A DNA stretch of 64,000 nt, taken from Hyphomicrobium sp. Lineage in GTDB: Bacteria > Pseudomonadota > Alphaproteobacteria > Rhizobiales > Hyphomicrobiaceae. A program made the position numbers and the translations under genes. The stretch spans positions 9,918-73,917 of the forward strand of contig JBQTKA010000008.1 of NCBI GenBank assembly GCA_052386495.1. The letters run 5' to 3'. The notes beneath the pieces were generated by a model. It searched no databases. It was not told where the DNA came from and saw only the letters and a program-made list of their open reading frames with translations. Each line of letters opens with the position of its first letter. Positions within the stretch are counted from its first letter, which is position 1. Below, in pieces: positions 1 to 9,141 of the stretch.

Positions 1-35
1 TTGAACGGACGGTCGCAACGGGCATTTCGCAATCG

Positions 36-2501
36 GTGCTGTGCTGGCCGGCCCCCAACGCGTCGATCGCCGCCGGATTTGCTTTCGCGGTTCTGGCCAA
101 GTGGCAGGACTGCGGTCAAGACGGCAACAATCATCTCGCGGCGCCACCGCCACTTCGCGCCATCCACTTTCCCTGGTCGCGGCACGTCCGCCAGCCTCTG
201 GCGAACATGTACGTCTGCAAGAGCTACATCCATGCTCTTCACAAGCGCCACCTGCAGCGCTACGGCGAGGGCCGACAGGGCACGGATGGCCTCTATGATT
301 TGCACGTCTCGCTCATCCGCGTGAGCGACTTGAATGGATGGGTGACCGACGGAGAATGTCACCCCGAGTATCAGAATCCCACGTTGCAGGAGCTAATTCC
401 CGGCGGGTCGTGCGATGCCAACGATGCTGCCAACCGGACAGGATTGCTGCATCGGGTTCGCTCGAAGACGCTGCTCAAAAACTTGAGCAGCTCGCGCCAG
501 GCTGAGGATCCGAAGTCAGCCCCGTATTATCTCTATTCGGCCCGTGCGAACGACAGCCCTCGCGTCGCGCTGAGCCGCCTCCCGTCGAAACCGCATGTGC
601 TGCTTCTCGACCTTACCAAAGCGGGAAGGGGCCGCTTTGGCGATGACTGGAGGCTTCCGGTCAAGCAGATGCTGGCGGGGCTACGCACGTATCTGCCAGA
701 CGTACCGGTGCTCGCAGTCACCGATGACCCCTGGGTCCATCGCCAATTGATCTGGAAATTCCTGAAGGAGCACGACAAAGTCAAAGGCGATCGTCCGGCC
801 AAGGAGTCGGCTCTGTTCTTCCGCGATCGCAGCCTCACCTCGCCCGTCGACGCGGGCGTCACCTGCGCCGGCGCAAGTGAGATCAAGACCCGTTCGTTCT
901 CGGGCAAGCTCGATGCCATCCTCAAAACGTTAGGCGAGCTGAAGTCGCGCGCCGCGACGCTCGAAGACCTGGAAGCCGACAAGCAATTGGGCGAGCTCGC
1001 CTTGCTGCTGAAACGATGCGCCAACCTTCCCGGCGGGGTCTCCGACCTCGGAGACTATGTCGCCGCCGAGGCCGGCGATCTGCGGGCCACACACATCATG
1101 TCGGCCTATCAGGTGCCAAGCGTCATTGCGAACATCGACCGCTTGGAAGGCGCTCTCGCTCAATCCCGCAAAGGTCCTCTCGCGGAGCTTTGCCGGAATG
1201 CCCGCGAGGTTTGGAACAATCATTCCGTTACCAGCCCGATGTCCGTGCTGCTTGCGGATGTCCTCAGACAATACGTGCGCAACTCGTCCAAGACCGTAGT
1301 GATCTTCCGGAAACAGATGCTTTGCGACTACGCCGTAACGGCGCTCAGCAGCCATCCCGAAATCGGTGAGGCGGCGGCGAAGCGGATTGAAAACGGTATG
1401 TGGCGGTTCGTCGACGAGGTCGGTTGGCGTGAGACCACGAGCCTGCCCCCGTCCGAACGGCATCAGACCACGACCGTCATCCTCGTCTGCCCAACCCGAT
1501 TGCAACTCCTCGGACACATGACCGATCCTTGGCTGCCGCGCGATGTCGTTGTCCTCGCGGACGCGGCGACACTCGGAGCGATCGCGCGCGATGCGCATCA
1601 GCTCGCTCGATACCCCGCTTTCCGCACATTCGAGCAACGTCTAGGAAAACTTCGCGACAGCTGCGACACCGAAGTGGAAAAGGTCACTGGACACAAAGTG
1701 ATCCTCGACCGCGAAGCGGCCCCGCCGGCTGACGTGGAATTCCCGACGGCCCGCGTGATCGATCTTTCCGGGGGAGCGGCGCGAACCGGCCAGGATACCG
1801 TAATCAAGCTCGAAACCGACGATAGCCAGACCATCCTGGCCCGCCGGAAGACCAAACTCGTCTCTTTCGACGGCACAACCGCCGTGCCCACCTACAAGCC
1901 CTTGCTGGCGCACAACGCCGAGGTCAATGACGATATCTGCGTCATCAGCGACGATTTTGTCGATATGGCAAGGACCAAGCTGGACATCACTCACGTCGCC
2001 TCGGAGGAGATGCGCGACTACCACCAACTGGTAGCCGGACTCTACGCGCGCCGTGCCGGCACATCCGACCGCGAGAAACGCCGCGAACTTGCGGCAGAGA
2101 TCAATCGATTGCGGACGGCAACCGAGGCCGAGGTTTCCGAAGAAACTGTCCGCTATTGGGTTGACCTTGAGAAACAGCTGGCGATGCCGCTGGACGAGGT
2201 CACCCCGCATGCACCAAAGCAGTTCGAGACGTTTCTCAGGTTCATGCGCGCTTTGGGCGTGTCTCAGATCTTAGCCGAGCGCTACTGGCATTGGGCCGTA
2301 ATCCATACCCGGTCGCATAGGCTGAAAGCGGCGCACCAACTGCACGAAGCCTATCTCGGCGTGCTCATCTCGCCTCATGCCGCGGAAGCAGACAATCCCA
2401 AGCGCGTTGCCGACATCCGGGCGTTGAGGGCGTCCGCGCAGAGTTTTGTCTCGAGGATACGCGCCAAATCCCAGGTGGAAAGGGCAAGCCTATGCGCGTG
2501 A
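36..2501 (+). CDS. Hypothetical 821-aa protein; first gene of the DISARM-like defence operon (function unknown)
   Basis: Uninterrupted ORF co-directional with the helicase gene and overlapping it by 10 nt (ATG 2492, TGA 2499-2501). I found no Walker A, DEAD/DEAH, HKD, DPPY/NPPY or FxGxG motif in the translation. Start uncertain (GTG 36; ATG 207 also possible). Confidence 0.6.
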   Translation: MLCWPAPNASIAAGFAFAVLAKWQDCGQDGNNHLAAPPPLRAIHFPWSRHVRQPLANMYVCKSYIHALHKRHLQRYGEGRQGTDGLYDLHVSLIRVSDLNGWVTDGECHPEYQNPTLQELIPGGSCDANDAANRTGLLHRVRSKTLLKNLSSSRQAEDPKSAPYYLYSARANDSPRVALSRLPSKPHVLLLDLTKAGRGRFGDDWRLPVKQMLAGLRTYLPDVPVLAVTDDPWVHRQLIWKFLKEHDKVKGDRPAKESALFFRDRSLTSPVDAGVTCAGASEIKTRSFSGKLDAILKTLGELKSRAATLEDLEADKQLGELALLLKRCANLPGGVSDLGDYVAAEAGDLRATHIMSAYQVPSVIANIDRLEGALAQSRKGPLAELCRNAREVWNNHSVTSPMSVLLADVLRQYVRNSSKTVVIFRKQMLCDYAVTALSSHPEIGEAAAKRIENGMWRFVDEVGWRETTSLPPSERHQTTTVILVCPTRLQLLGHMTDPWLPRDVVVLADAATLGAIARDAHQLARYPAFRTFEQRLGKLRDSCDTEVEKVTGHKVILDREAAPPADVEFPTARVIDLSGGAARTGQDTVIKLETDDSQTILARRKTKLVSFDGTTAVPTYKPLLAHNAEVNDDICVISDDFVDMARTKLDITHVASEEMRDYHQLVAGLYARRAGTSDREKRRELAAEINRLRTATEAEVSEETVRYWVDLEKQLAMPLDEVTPHAPKQFETFLRFMRALGVSQILAERYWHWAVIHTRSHRLKAAHQLHEAYLGVLISPHAAEADNPKRVADIRALRASAQSFVSRIRAKSQVERASLCA

Positions 2502-5500
2502 TTAGCCCCAAATCGCTCGGCGCGGAGTTCCAAGAGCTCAAGGAGGCGGTTTGCGACGCCATCATCAACTTGACCACGGATCGCGTGAGCGGTCGCGGCG
2601 AGACCGGGGCGATTGTTTATGGCCGATCGCCAAAGCGCGCCTTTGTAGCCGGACTTCTCTTGCCACGTTTCGACGAGCGGAATGTGAACGATGAAACGTC
2701 GGATATCCGCATTTCCACGCTCGGCATCGATTTGCTTGTCGGCACGCGTTCTCCCGGACTGGCCGAGCTTCGTCCGCGCTTTGCAACCTACATCAGGGTC
2801 TTTCCGACATGGGCAGAGCTGCAGGATCGACGCTACGGTTTGGATGTCGACTTCGCGCTCGATCCCACCGTGGAACAGACCATCAAAGCCAACATCCGTG
2901 CTGAGCGTGCTCGCGACTTTGCGGCTGAAGACTTGAACCGCCGCGATCCCAAGGACATGCCTGCCGAAGAGAGGCGGCGACGCCAGTCGCGGCGAGCGGA
3001 AATCCGTCGAGAGGTCACACGCCAAGCCTATTCGCAATTCGGCATCGTCCTCAGCGAAGACGATGTCGAGGCCGCTACGATTTCCGGAGTGATCCCGCAA
3101 ACATCACCAAACGCCGCGACCGAAACCCGAGCGGAAGAGGCGGACGAGGGTGCCAATTCGGATACGACGATTCCGTCCGACTTGACTCCCGTCGTGGATA
3201 TCGCGCGGCTGCGCGCGCGGGGGCGTACGGTTCCCCATGGATTGTTGCGGGCCGCGGACATCCCCATCAAGTGGCAGCGGATCGATCTCGATCTTCCGCC
3301 GTTGACCTGGGATTTGGCACTCGGGAACTCTGACATCGTCGCGGACCTCGAAGCCTATAACGCGCGGCTCCGCGCGGCGGCGCTTGCGTCCGTCCAGGCC
3401 TGGCGATCCAGTCCGGAAGGTACACAAAACGCCCTTCGCGATGTGCAGGTCAATCCGGCTGACGTCGAGAACCAGGCGGCCTGGGAGCGATTCCTTGCTC
3501 GCGCCAGAGCGCAGCCTCCGAACTTGGCCTTCTTGATGCCAGCCTTCGACCGGGTGAGGCTCACCGTCGACAAGTTGACCGATTTTGCCGACCCGACGGT
3601 GTCGAGCCTTCGCGTCACCTTGGAAAACGACAACCCCGAATTCTCGAGCCGCCTGAGTAAGCGCCGCATGGACACGTTGTTCCAGGCGTCGCTCACTCTC
3701 TCTATACCTACGGCCGCCCATCGTCCGCTGCGCCTCGACAGGGTCGAGCCCTCGTACCGCTTTCGGCATCACATGGAATACCCCGGGATGGGTCTCAACT
3801 GTGGTGTCTCGTGTGTTCGTTCGGCTGACCGCACGGAACTTGCGTCCACGTGGGCGCCGCGTTTCGTGCAGCCGCGCATTGTGCCTCCGACGTTGTCTGG
3901 TATTCCCTGCTCGTTCGCTGAGCTTGCCGATGACTCTCGCGATTGTTCTACGCTGCAGGCACTTCCTGACGCCTATCGGCGTTGGATATCCGACCACGAA
4001 GCCTCCCTGCGCCGCGAGGTCAGGGAAGGCCTGAGCGCCCAGGACGCCGAGGCCGAGTCGCAACGGCTCGAGAAAGACCTCGCGGCCCAACGCAAGGAGG
4101 CCCGCTACATCGAACGGGGCGTTGAGTTGCTCGTCGCGGCTCAGAAGGCTGCCCGATTGGCGGAACGCGAGACGAAGGCGGACGTCCGCCAGCGATTGAT
4201 CAAGGAAGCTATCCCGTGGCGCGCCTGGGTGCTAACAAACCGCGCGTTCCTGCGCCGCGACAAGAATGATCCCAAGCGCGGCTGGCGTCTGTTCCAAATG
4301 GCTTTTGTGCTTGCCCACATCCCGACATTCGCGTCGCGGATGCCCGAGTACAAGACCTGGCACGACCAAGAACTCGACGAGACCTCGGCGAGCCTGCTGT
4401 ATTTCCCAACCGGCGGCGGCAAGTCCGAGGCGTTTTACGGGTCCTTGTTGTTCGCGATGTTACTCGACCGACTTCGCGGCAAGGATCGCGGCATCACCGC
4501 AATGATCCGGTATCCGCTGCGACTTCTAACGCTGCAACAAGCCCAACGCCTGTTGCGATTGCTGGTTCATGCCGAGCTGGTTCGCAAGCAAGACGCGATC
4601 GGCACATGGCCATTCGAAATCGGCTTTTGGGTCGGCAAGACCAACACGCCCAACCGTTATCGGGAAGTTTCAGCGAAGATTCCGGCCGACGACGATGCTG
4701 ACTATCCGAATGACGCCAACTTAGTGCCGGTGCCGAGCAGCGGCGACGAAGACCACCTGGAACTTGCAAGGACCTATGAGGAAAATCTTCTTGCCTATAA
4801 CAAAATACCCACGTGCCCGGTCTGCGGCGAAGCCACCGGGCTCAGGCGTGTCCTTTCGCAAGGCGATACCGCCAAGCGGCTGGCCATCTTCTGCTTCAAC
4901 GCGTCGTGCCACTGGAACACCGCGCATACGAGTCGAAGTCCTCTTCCTTTTATCCTGACCGATGACGCTGTCTATGAGCGCGCTCCCTCGGTGGTCCTCG
5001 GCACCGTCGACAAGATGGCGATGCTCGGCCAGAACACCGACACCATTTCCCATCTTCTCGGCATGTTCGGACTGTCCCGTTGGATCGGGCCTCGCGGCAA
5101 CTTGCTCTCGCCGCGCGACGACGACCGGCTCCGCCAGGGTCCGGCTGCGTCCGGCTACGCTGCGGCTTTCCCCGCCTACAAAAATGGCACCAAGGTTTTC
5201 CATGATCCGTTCCCGTCCTTGATCATCCAGGACGAGGCGCATCTCCTCGAAGAAAGCCTCGGCACCTTCAGCGGCCTTTTTGAGTCGCTTTTCGAGGAAG
5301 TCATGGCGCGCATCACGGCCATTGCCGGAAACGAGCTTGAAGTCGCGCGGGCTTGGCACAACGGCGCTTGGGCGGCTCATCGTACGCCGAAGATCATCGC
5401 GGCCACCGCCACGGTCTCAGATCCCGAACGGCAGCTCGAAGTCCTCTATCAACGTAAGCCACTTCGATTCCCTTGCCCCGGGCCAGACATCTATCATTCG

Positions 5501-6907
5501 TTCTTCGCCGAGCCGGCTCCCGTGCCGCCTACGAATGCCGACCGACTCGCACTCGCCCTTTCCTTATCGACCGCGGATGCGCCAGAGGCGACAGCGCCAT
5601 GGATGCGCCTCTACGTCTCGCTGATGACCAATGGCTCGACCCACACCATGACCGCGGTCTCGGTTCTGTCGGCATTCCACGTCATCATCACCGACATTTG
5701 GCGTCGGCTCAATGACCCGGCGCTTCTTGCGTCCGGGTTGGCGTTGCTGCGCGGCGCGATATCGCCGGGCCAGAGTGGCGATTGGCGGCGGCGCGCCTTC
5801 GATGCCGCGGTGGCCGCCGGCCAGCAGAACGTCGTGCTCGCCCTGGTCGATCTGCATCGCATTGGCTTGACCTACGTCACCAATAAGAAGGGCGGCGACC
5901 AAATCATGGACGCGCTGGACCTTCAGGTTCGGCGTGATCATCAGGCGGTCAGCCAGCCAATCGATGCGTTTGATTGTCGGTTGATTTCCGGCGGCATCGA
6001 CATGCGTACCATCCAGGAGGTGATGGGAGACGCTGAACGTGAGTTTTCGGCCGGATCGGTTTACCCGGACATCAACACGCAGATGCGCAACGTGGTTGCG
6101 ACGTCGGCCATCTCGCACGGCGTCGACGTCGACCGGTTCAACAGCATGTTATTTGCCGGACTTCCTTCCGACATCGCCGAGTACATCCAGGCTTCAAGCC
6201 GTGTTGGCCGCACCCATGTGGGCTTCGTCATGCTGATCCCCACGCCGCAGAGCCGGCGGGATCGCTACGTCGTCGAGACCCACGACATCTTCCATCGTTT
6301 CCTGGAGCGCATGATCGCGCCGCCAGCGGCGCAACGCTGGGCCGAAAACGCCCTCAAGCGTGTGACCGCCTCGGTCGTTCAGGCCTGGGCGATGCTCAGA
6401 GAAGCCGAGGACTTCAAGGCAAAGAAAGACGCCGAGAAGGAAAGGACGCGGTCCTATGATGTGATGCGGCGCTTGAACAGCATCGCGTCCGCAGACCGGC
6501 TAGCGATGCGAACCGAGCTTGCCGACTTCATGTTGCGCGGCGTCGGTTTCCCCGGCCGCGGAGCCGCCAAGATCGGCAGCCCGGTATCGGAAGAGGTCTA
6601 CCGCAACCTGGTCGACGCCGGGATGAAGGACCTGGTGAGCAATATCGCGAGCTTCAATTCGCTAATCCGTCTCGGAGAGTTCTGGCACCAGAACAGTGGC
6701 GTGCAGCCGCCGATGACATCGCTGCGCGACGTCGATGAAGCTGGAATCATCATTCCCAGCGGTTTTGACCCGAGGGGGTCTGGAGGCCGACGCTACATCA
6801 AGAAGGAATCTTTTGTCGGCGTGATGAAGGCCATCCGCTCGCAGCGCGGCTCTGGTGCCGAGACCGACCGCGATGGCGAACCCCCGGATGAAAATCAGGC
6901 CGCATGA
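2492..6907 (+). CDS. Large SF2 DEAH-box helicase, 1471 aa (DISARM DrmA-like)
   Basis: Motif I PTGGGKSE (nt 4406-4429), DEAH in IIQDEAHLLEE (nt 5231-5242), motif III-like AATATVS, motif VI QASSRVGRTHVG. About 630 N-terminal residues have no motif I recognise. A zinc-ribbon-like insert lies at nt 4814-4912. The stop overlaps the next start (ATGA, 6904-6907). Confidence 0.85.
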   Translation: MRVISPKSLGAEFQELKEAVCDAIINLTTDRVSGRGETGAIVYGRSPKRAFVAGLLLPRFDERNVNDETSDIRISTLGIDLLVGTRSPGLAELRPRFATYIRVFPTWAELQDRRYGLDVDFALDPTVEQTIKANIRAERARDFAAEDLNRRDPKDMPAEERRRRQSRRAEIRREVTRQAYSQFGIVLSEDDVEAATISGVIPQTSPNAATETRAEEADEGANSDTTIPSDLTPVVDIARLRARGRTVPHGLLRAADIPIKWQRIDLDLPPLTWDLALGNSDIVADLEAYNARLRAAALASVQAWRSSPEGTQNALRDVQVNPADVENQAAWERFLARARAQPPNLAFLMPAFDRVRLTVDKLTDFADPTVSSLRVTLENDNPEFSSRLSKRRMDTLFQASLTLSIPTAAHRPLRLDRVEPSYRFRHHMEYPGMGLNCGVSCVRSADRTELASTWAPRFVQPRIVPPTLSGIPCSFAELADDSRDCSTLQALPDAYRRWISDHEASLRREVREGLSAQDAEAESQRLEKDLAAQRKEARYIERGVELLVAAQKAARLAERETKADVRQRLIKEAIPWRAWVLTNRAFLRRDKNDPKRGWRLFQMAFVLAHIPTFASRMPEYKTWHDQELDETSASLLYFPTGGGKSEAFYGSLLFAMLLDRLRGKDRGITAMIRYPLRLLTLQQAQRLLRLLVHAELVRKQDAIGTWPFEIGFWVGKTNTPNRYREVSAKIPADDDADYPNDANLVPVPSSGDEDHLELARTYEENLLAYNKIPTCPVCGEATGLRRVLSQGDTAKRLAIFCFNASCHWNTAHTSRSPLPFILTDDAVYERAPSVVLGTVDKMAMLGQNTDTISHLLGMFGLSRWIGPRGNLLSPRDDDRLRQGPAASGYAAAFPAYKNGTKVFHDPFPSLIIQDEAHLLEESLGTFSGLFESLFEEVMARITAIAGNELEVARAWHNGAWAAHRTPKIIAATATVSDPERQLEVLYQRKPLRFPCPGPDIYHSFFAEPAPVPPTNADRLALALSLSTADAPEATAPWMRLYVSLMTNGSTHTMTAVSVLSAFHVIITDIWRRLNDPALLASGLALLRGAISPGQSGDWRRRAFDAAVAAGQQNVVLALVDLHRIGLTYVTNKKGGDQIMDALDLQVRRDHQAVSQPIDAFDCRLISGGIDMRTIQEVMGDAEREFSAGSVYPDINTQMRNVVATSAISHGVDVDRFNSMLFAGLPSDIAEYIQASSRVGRTHVGFVMLIPTPQSRRDRYVVETHDIFHRFLERMIAPPAAQRWAENALKRVTASVVQAWAMLREAEDFKAKKDAEKERTRSYDVMRRLNSIASADRLAMRTELADFMLRGVGFPGRGAAKIGSPVSEEVYRNLVDAGMKDLVSNIASFNSLIRLGEFWHQNSGVQPPMTSLRDVDEAGIIIPSGFDPRGSGGRRYIKKESFVGVMKAIRSQRGSGAETDRDGEPPDENQAA

Positions 6908-9141
6908 GCAGGGCACCAAAACCGCCAGCTACCCGAGCCGACTGGCGCACCGCGCGACCCATGCCGTCTCAACAGCAGCGTGGGCAGCCGAAAACTGAAG
7001 ATGCTCCAAGTATGTCGCGGTCGCGCGTTCAGCTCGCCACCGCCTATGCGCCCGACATCCTATTCACTTGGGAAGGCGCCAAAGGTATTTGCCGCGCGGT
7101 TCCGGTCGACCGGCCCGCCGACGTCAAGCCGGCGACGCGACTGATGATCTTCCAGGGTATCCAGGAAGCGGCCAAGAATTGGCTGGAGCGCGCCATTTCG
7201 GTCACCAATGATCCGAACACTTACCCGCTATCGCTCATCCTCGAAGATGCTCTAATCGACGAACGCACCCGCTCAGTGGCCATTGACGAGGCCAGGAACT
7301 TCAAGCTGACACGACCAGACCGCATTGGCTACGTTCCATTCCCGCTTCTGTTCCGCTGCGGCACCTGCGGGCGCCTGCGCGAATACGACAATGTCGAAGA
7401 CCAGGCGGCGAACCCGCTGCCGCGTAAGTGTTCCGGTCATACCGCCCGGTGGACGCAAGTCGACGTCGTTTATGTCCACTGGTCCGGCGGCCTCGAGCCG
7501 CTCAGTCCATTCCGCTATCAGCATGACGCCGCCACCAACGAGGTCAATCGCATTGAGAAATGCGAGTGCGGCTCGTCGGAGTTTCGCCTCGAGAACGAAG
7601 CGCCGGTATTCTCCGAATGGAAATTCATCTGTCTTGGCTGCGCGCAGCCGCGCGATCTCAAGCAGCCGGATGAGCGCGCGCTTCGGCAGCTCAAGCCGCG
7701 GATGGACCGCGGCCTCGATCACGAGTGGATCGAGATCAACATGCTGCCCGTCTCCTATCGGGCCAATTCCGCCTATTACGTGCAGAAGGGCTACTTCATC
7801 GACTTCGAGGACCGCCGTGTCGTCGACCTGATGATGCCGGACCGCCGCGAGGAGCTTTTGAGAGCGCTCGCGTCGCTGCACGGCTTCGCGTACGACGAAC
7901 CGCCCGAGGGCGACGTCAAGAGCGCGCTTCTGGCCGCCGGCAAACCAAATGAATACGCGGCATGGGAACTGCTCAGGGAAATGAGTGGCAAGTTCCGCAG
8001 TCTCAACGACACCATCAAGGCCGACGCCCTCGCGCGCGACGCGGAGCAACACCGCGAGTCGTGGTTTTCCGGGGGCCTGGTGGAACGCGGTGGCGTGCAG
8101 AGCCGGGCCCTTGTGTCAGCCGTTTCCGACAGGTCAAACTGGGCTCGCCGGTACGACCCGCTTCGCCTCACCATCGAGCACGACGTCTTCGTCCGCGAAC
8201 ACATCGCGCAACGCATGACGACGCGCGGCGCCGTCGACGTGCTGGAGCCGGACCGCTTGATCTGCGATGCCGTCGGAGATCCCACCAGGCTCGATGCTTA
8301 CCGCGCCACGACGCAGCAGCTGATGGATCGCATTGGCGTCGACCGCGCGGTGCTCATCCGCACATTGCCAATCTGGGAATACAGCTTTGGCTATTCGCGC
8401 ATCTCGTCAGGGCCCATCTATCCCCGTGAGCACGGCAATCGAACCGTGGACATGCCGGTGCGCCTCAACACGTTCCCGATCCTGCCGGAGTCCACGCACC
8501 ATCCTGTCTATGTCCTCGATCAGAAGAACGAGGCTCTTTATTTCCGGCTCAGCGAACCCCGGGTGCGCGCCTGGCTCGCCGCCAATCGCGTCACACCCGC
8601 ACCGTATACCGCTAAGCCGGGATTGGCCGGAACCTACCTGGAGCAATACCAGGACTTCACCCCGTATCTCGACCAGTTCAAAAGCAGAGTGGGTCGCGCC
8701 GGTGCCGCGCGGGAATTCTGCCCCTACGTCTACCTGCTGCTGCACAGTCTTTGCCACCAGGTCATCCACTCGCTGGCCGAGACCTCTGGTCTCGACCGTG
8801 ACGGGATTGGCGAGCACATCTTTCCGGCCGATCTCGCCTTTGTGGTCTATCGCAAAGGCATGACCCCCGATCTCGGCAACATCTCCGCGATGTGGCGCAA
8901 CCACAGCGAAGCGTTCCTAGCGCGGATTCTTGAGCCTCGGCTGTTGCGCTGCGGCTCGGGCAGCCTCTGCGACTCGCGGGGAGGGGCCTGTCCGGCGTGC
9001 ATCATGCTGCCCGACATCTCCTGCATCGCGAGCAACCAGCTACTGTCGCGCGCGGCGCTCAAGGGCGGGCCACCTCCGACCTGGGAAGATCGCTCGAACC
9101 CGCTGCTGGTCGGATATTTCGACCCAGCACTTCGGCCATGA
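6904..9141 (+). CDS. DUF1998 (MrfA-type Zn-binding) domain protein, 745 aa (DISARM DrmB-like)
   Basis: C-terminal LLHSLCHQVIHSL ... RCGSGSLCDSRGGACPACIMLPDISC cysteine cluster (nt 8950-9024) is typical of DUF1998. Extra CxxC pairs at nt 7357-7641. ATGA start/stop overlaps at both ends. Confidence 0.8.
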   Translation: MSRAPKPPATRADWRTARPMPSQQQRGQPKTEDAPSMSRSRVQLATAYAPDILFTWEGAKGICRAVPVDRPADVKPATRLMIFQGIQEAAKNWLERAISVTNDPNTYPLSLILEDALIDERTRSVAIDEARNFKLTRPDRIGYVPFPLLFRCGTCGRLREYDNVEDQAANPLPRKCSGHTARWTQVDVVYVHWSGGLEPLSPFRYQHDAATNEVNRIEKCECGSSEFRLENEAPVFSEWKFICLGCAQPRDLKQPDERALRQLKPRMDRGLDHEWIEINMLPVSYRANSAYYVQKGYFIDFEDRRVVDLMMPDRREELLRALASLHGFAYDEPPEGDVKSALLAAGKPNEYAAWELLREMSGKFRSLNDTIKADALARDAEQHRESWFSGGLVERGGVQSRALVSAVSDRSNWARRYDPLRLTIEHDVFVREHIAQRMTTRGAVDVLEPDRLICDAVGDPTRLDAYRATTQQLMDRIGVDRAVLIRTLPIWEYSFGYSRISSGPIYPREHGNRTVDMPVRLNTFPILPESTHHPVYVLDQKNEALYFRLSEPRVRAWLAANRVTPAPYTAKPGLAGTYLEQYQDFTPYLDQFKSRVGRAGAAREFCPYVYLLLHSLCHQVIHSLAETSGLDRDGIGEHIFPADLAFVVYRKGMTPDLGNISAMWRNHSEAFLARILEPRLLRCGSGSLCDSRGGACPACIMLPDISCIASNQLLSRAALKGGPPPTWEDRSNPLLVGYFDPALRP

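Noticed and set aside
1-324. Edge ORF 1-324 (+), 107 aa, and ORF 41-298
   Set aside because: Their Arg/Ser/Thr-rich translations are out of frame with the 821-aa ORF that continues for 2.4 kb. Nothing suggests a real upstream gene tail.
3104-4090. 328-aa minus-strand ORF inside the helicase gene, plus several shorter antisense ORFs across 533-9547
   Set aside because: They are antisense shadows of the long + strand genes. They have no motifs and an Arg/Pro/Gly-rich composition, whereas the + strand frames carry helicase, DUF1998 and HKD motifs.
8997-9137. N-terminal extensions offered by the ORF track for several genes: the PLD gene from 8997, MAPEG from 46346, the RsmB-like gene from 46684, guaA from 48875, rne to 61583, the adaptor to 29733, the methylase to 34266 and the membrane protein to 52073
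   Set aside because: In each case the extension overlaps the preceding gene or reads as low-complexity sequence. An internal start reproduces the canonical family N-terminus or an ATGA/short-gap coupling.
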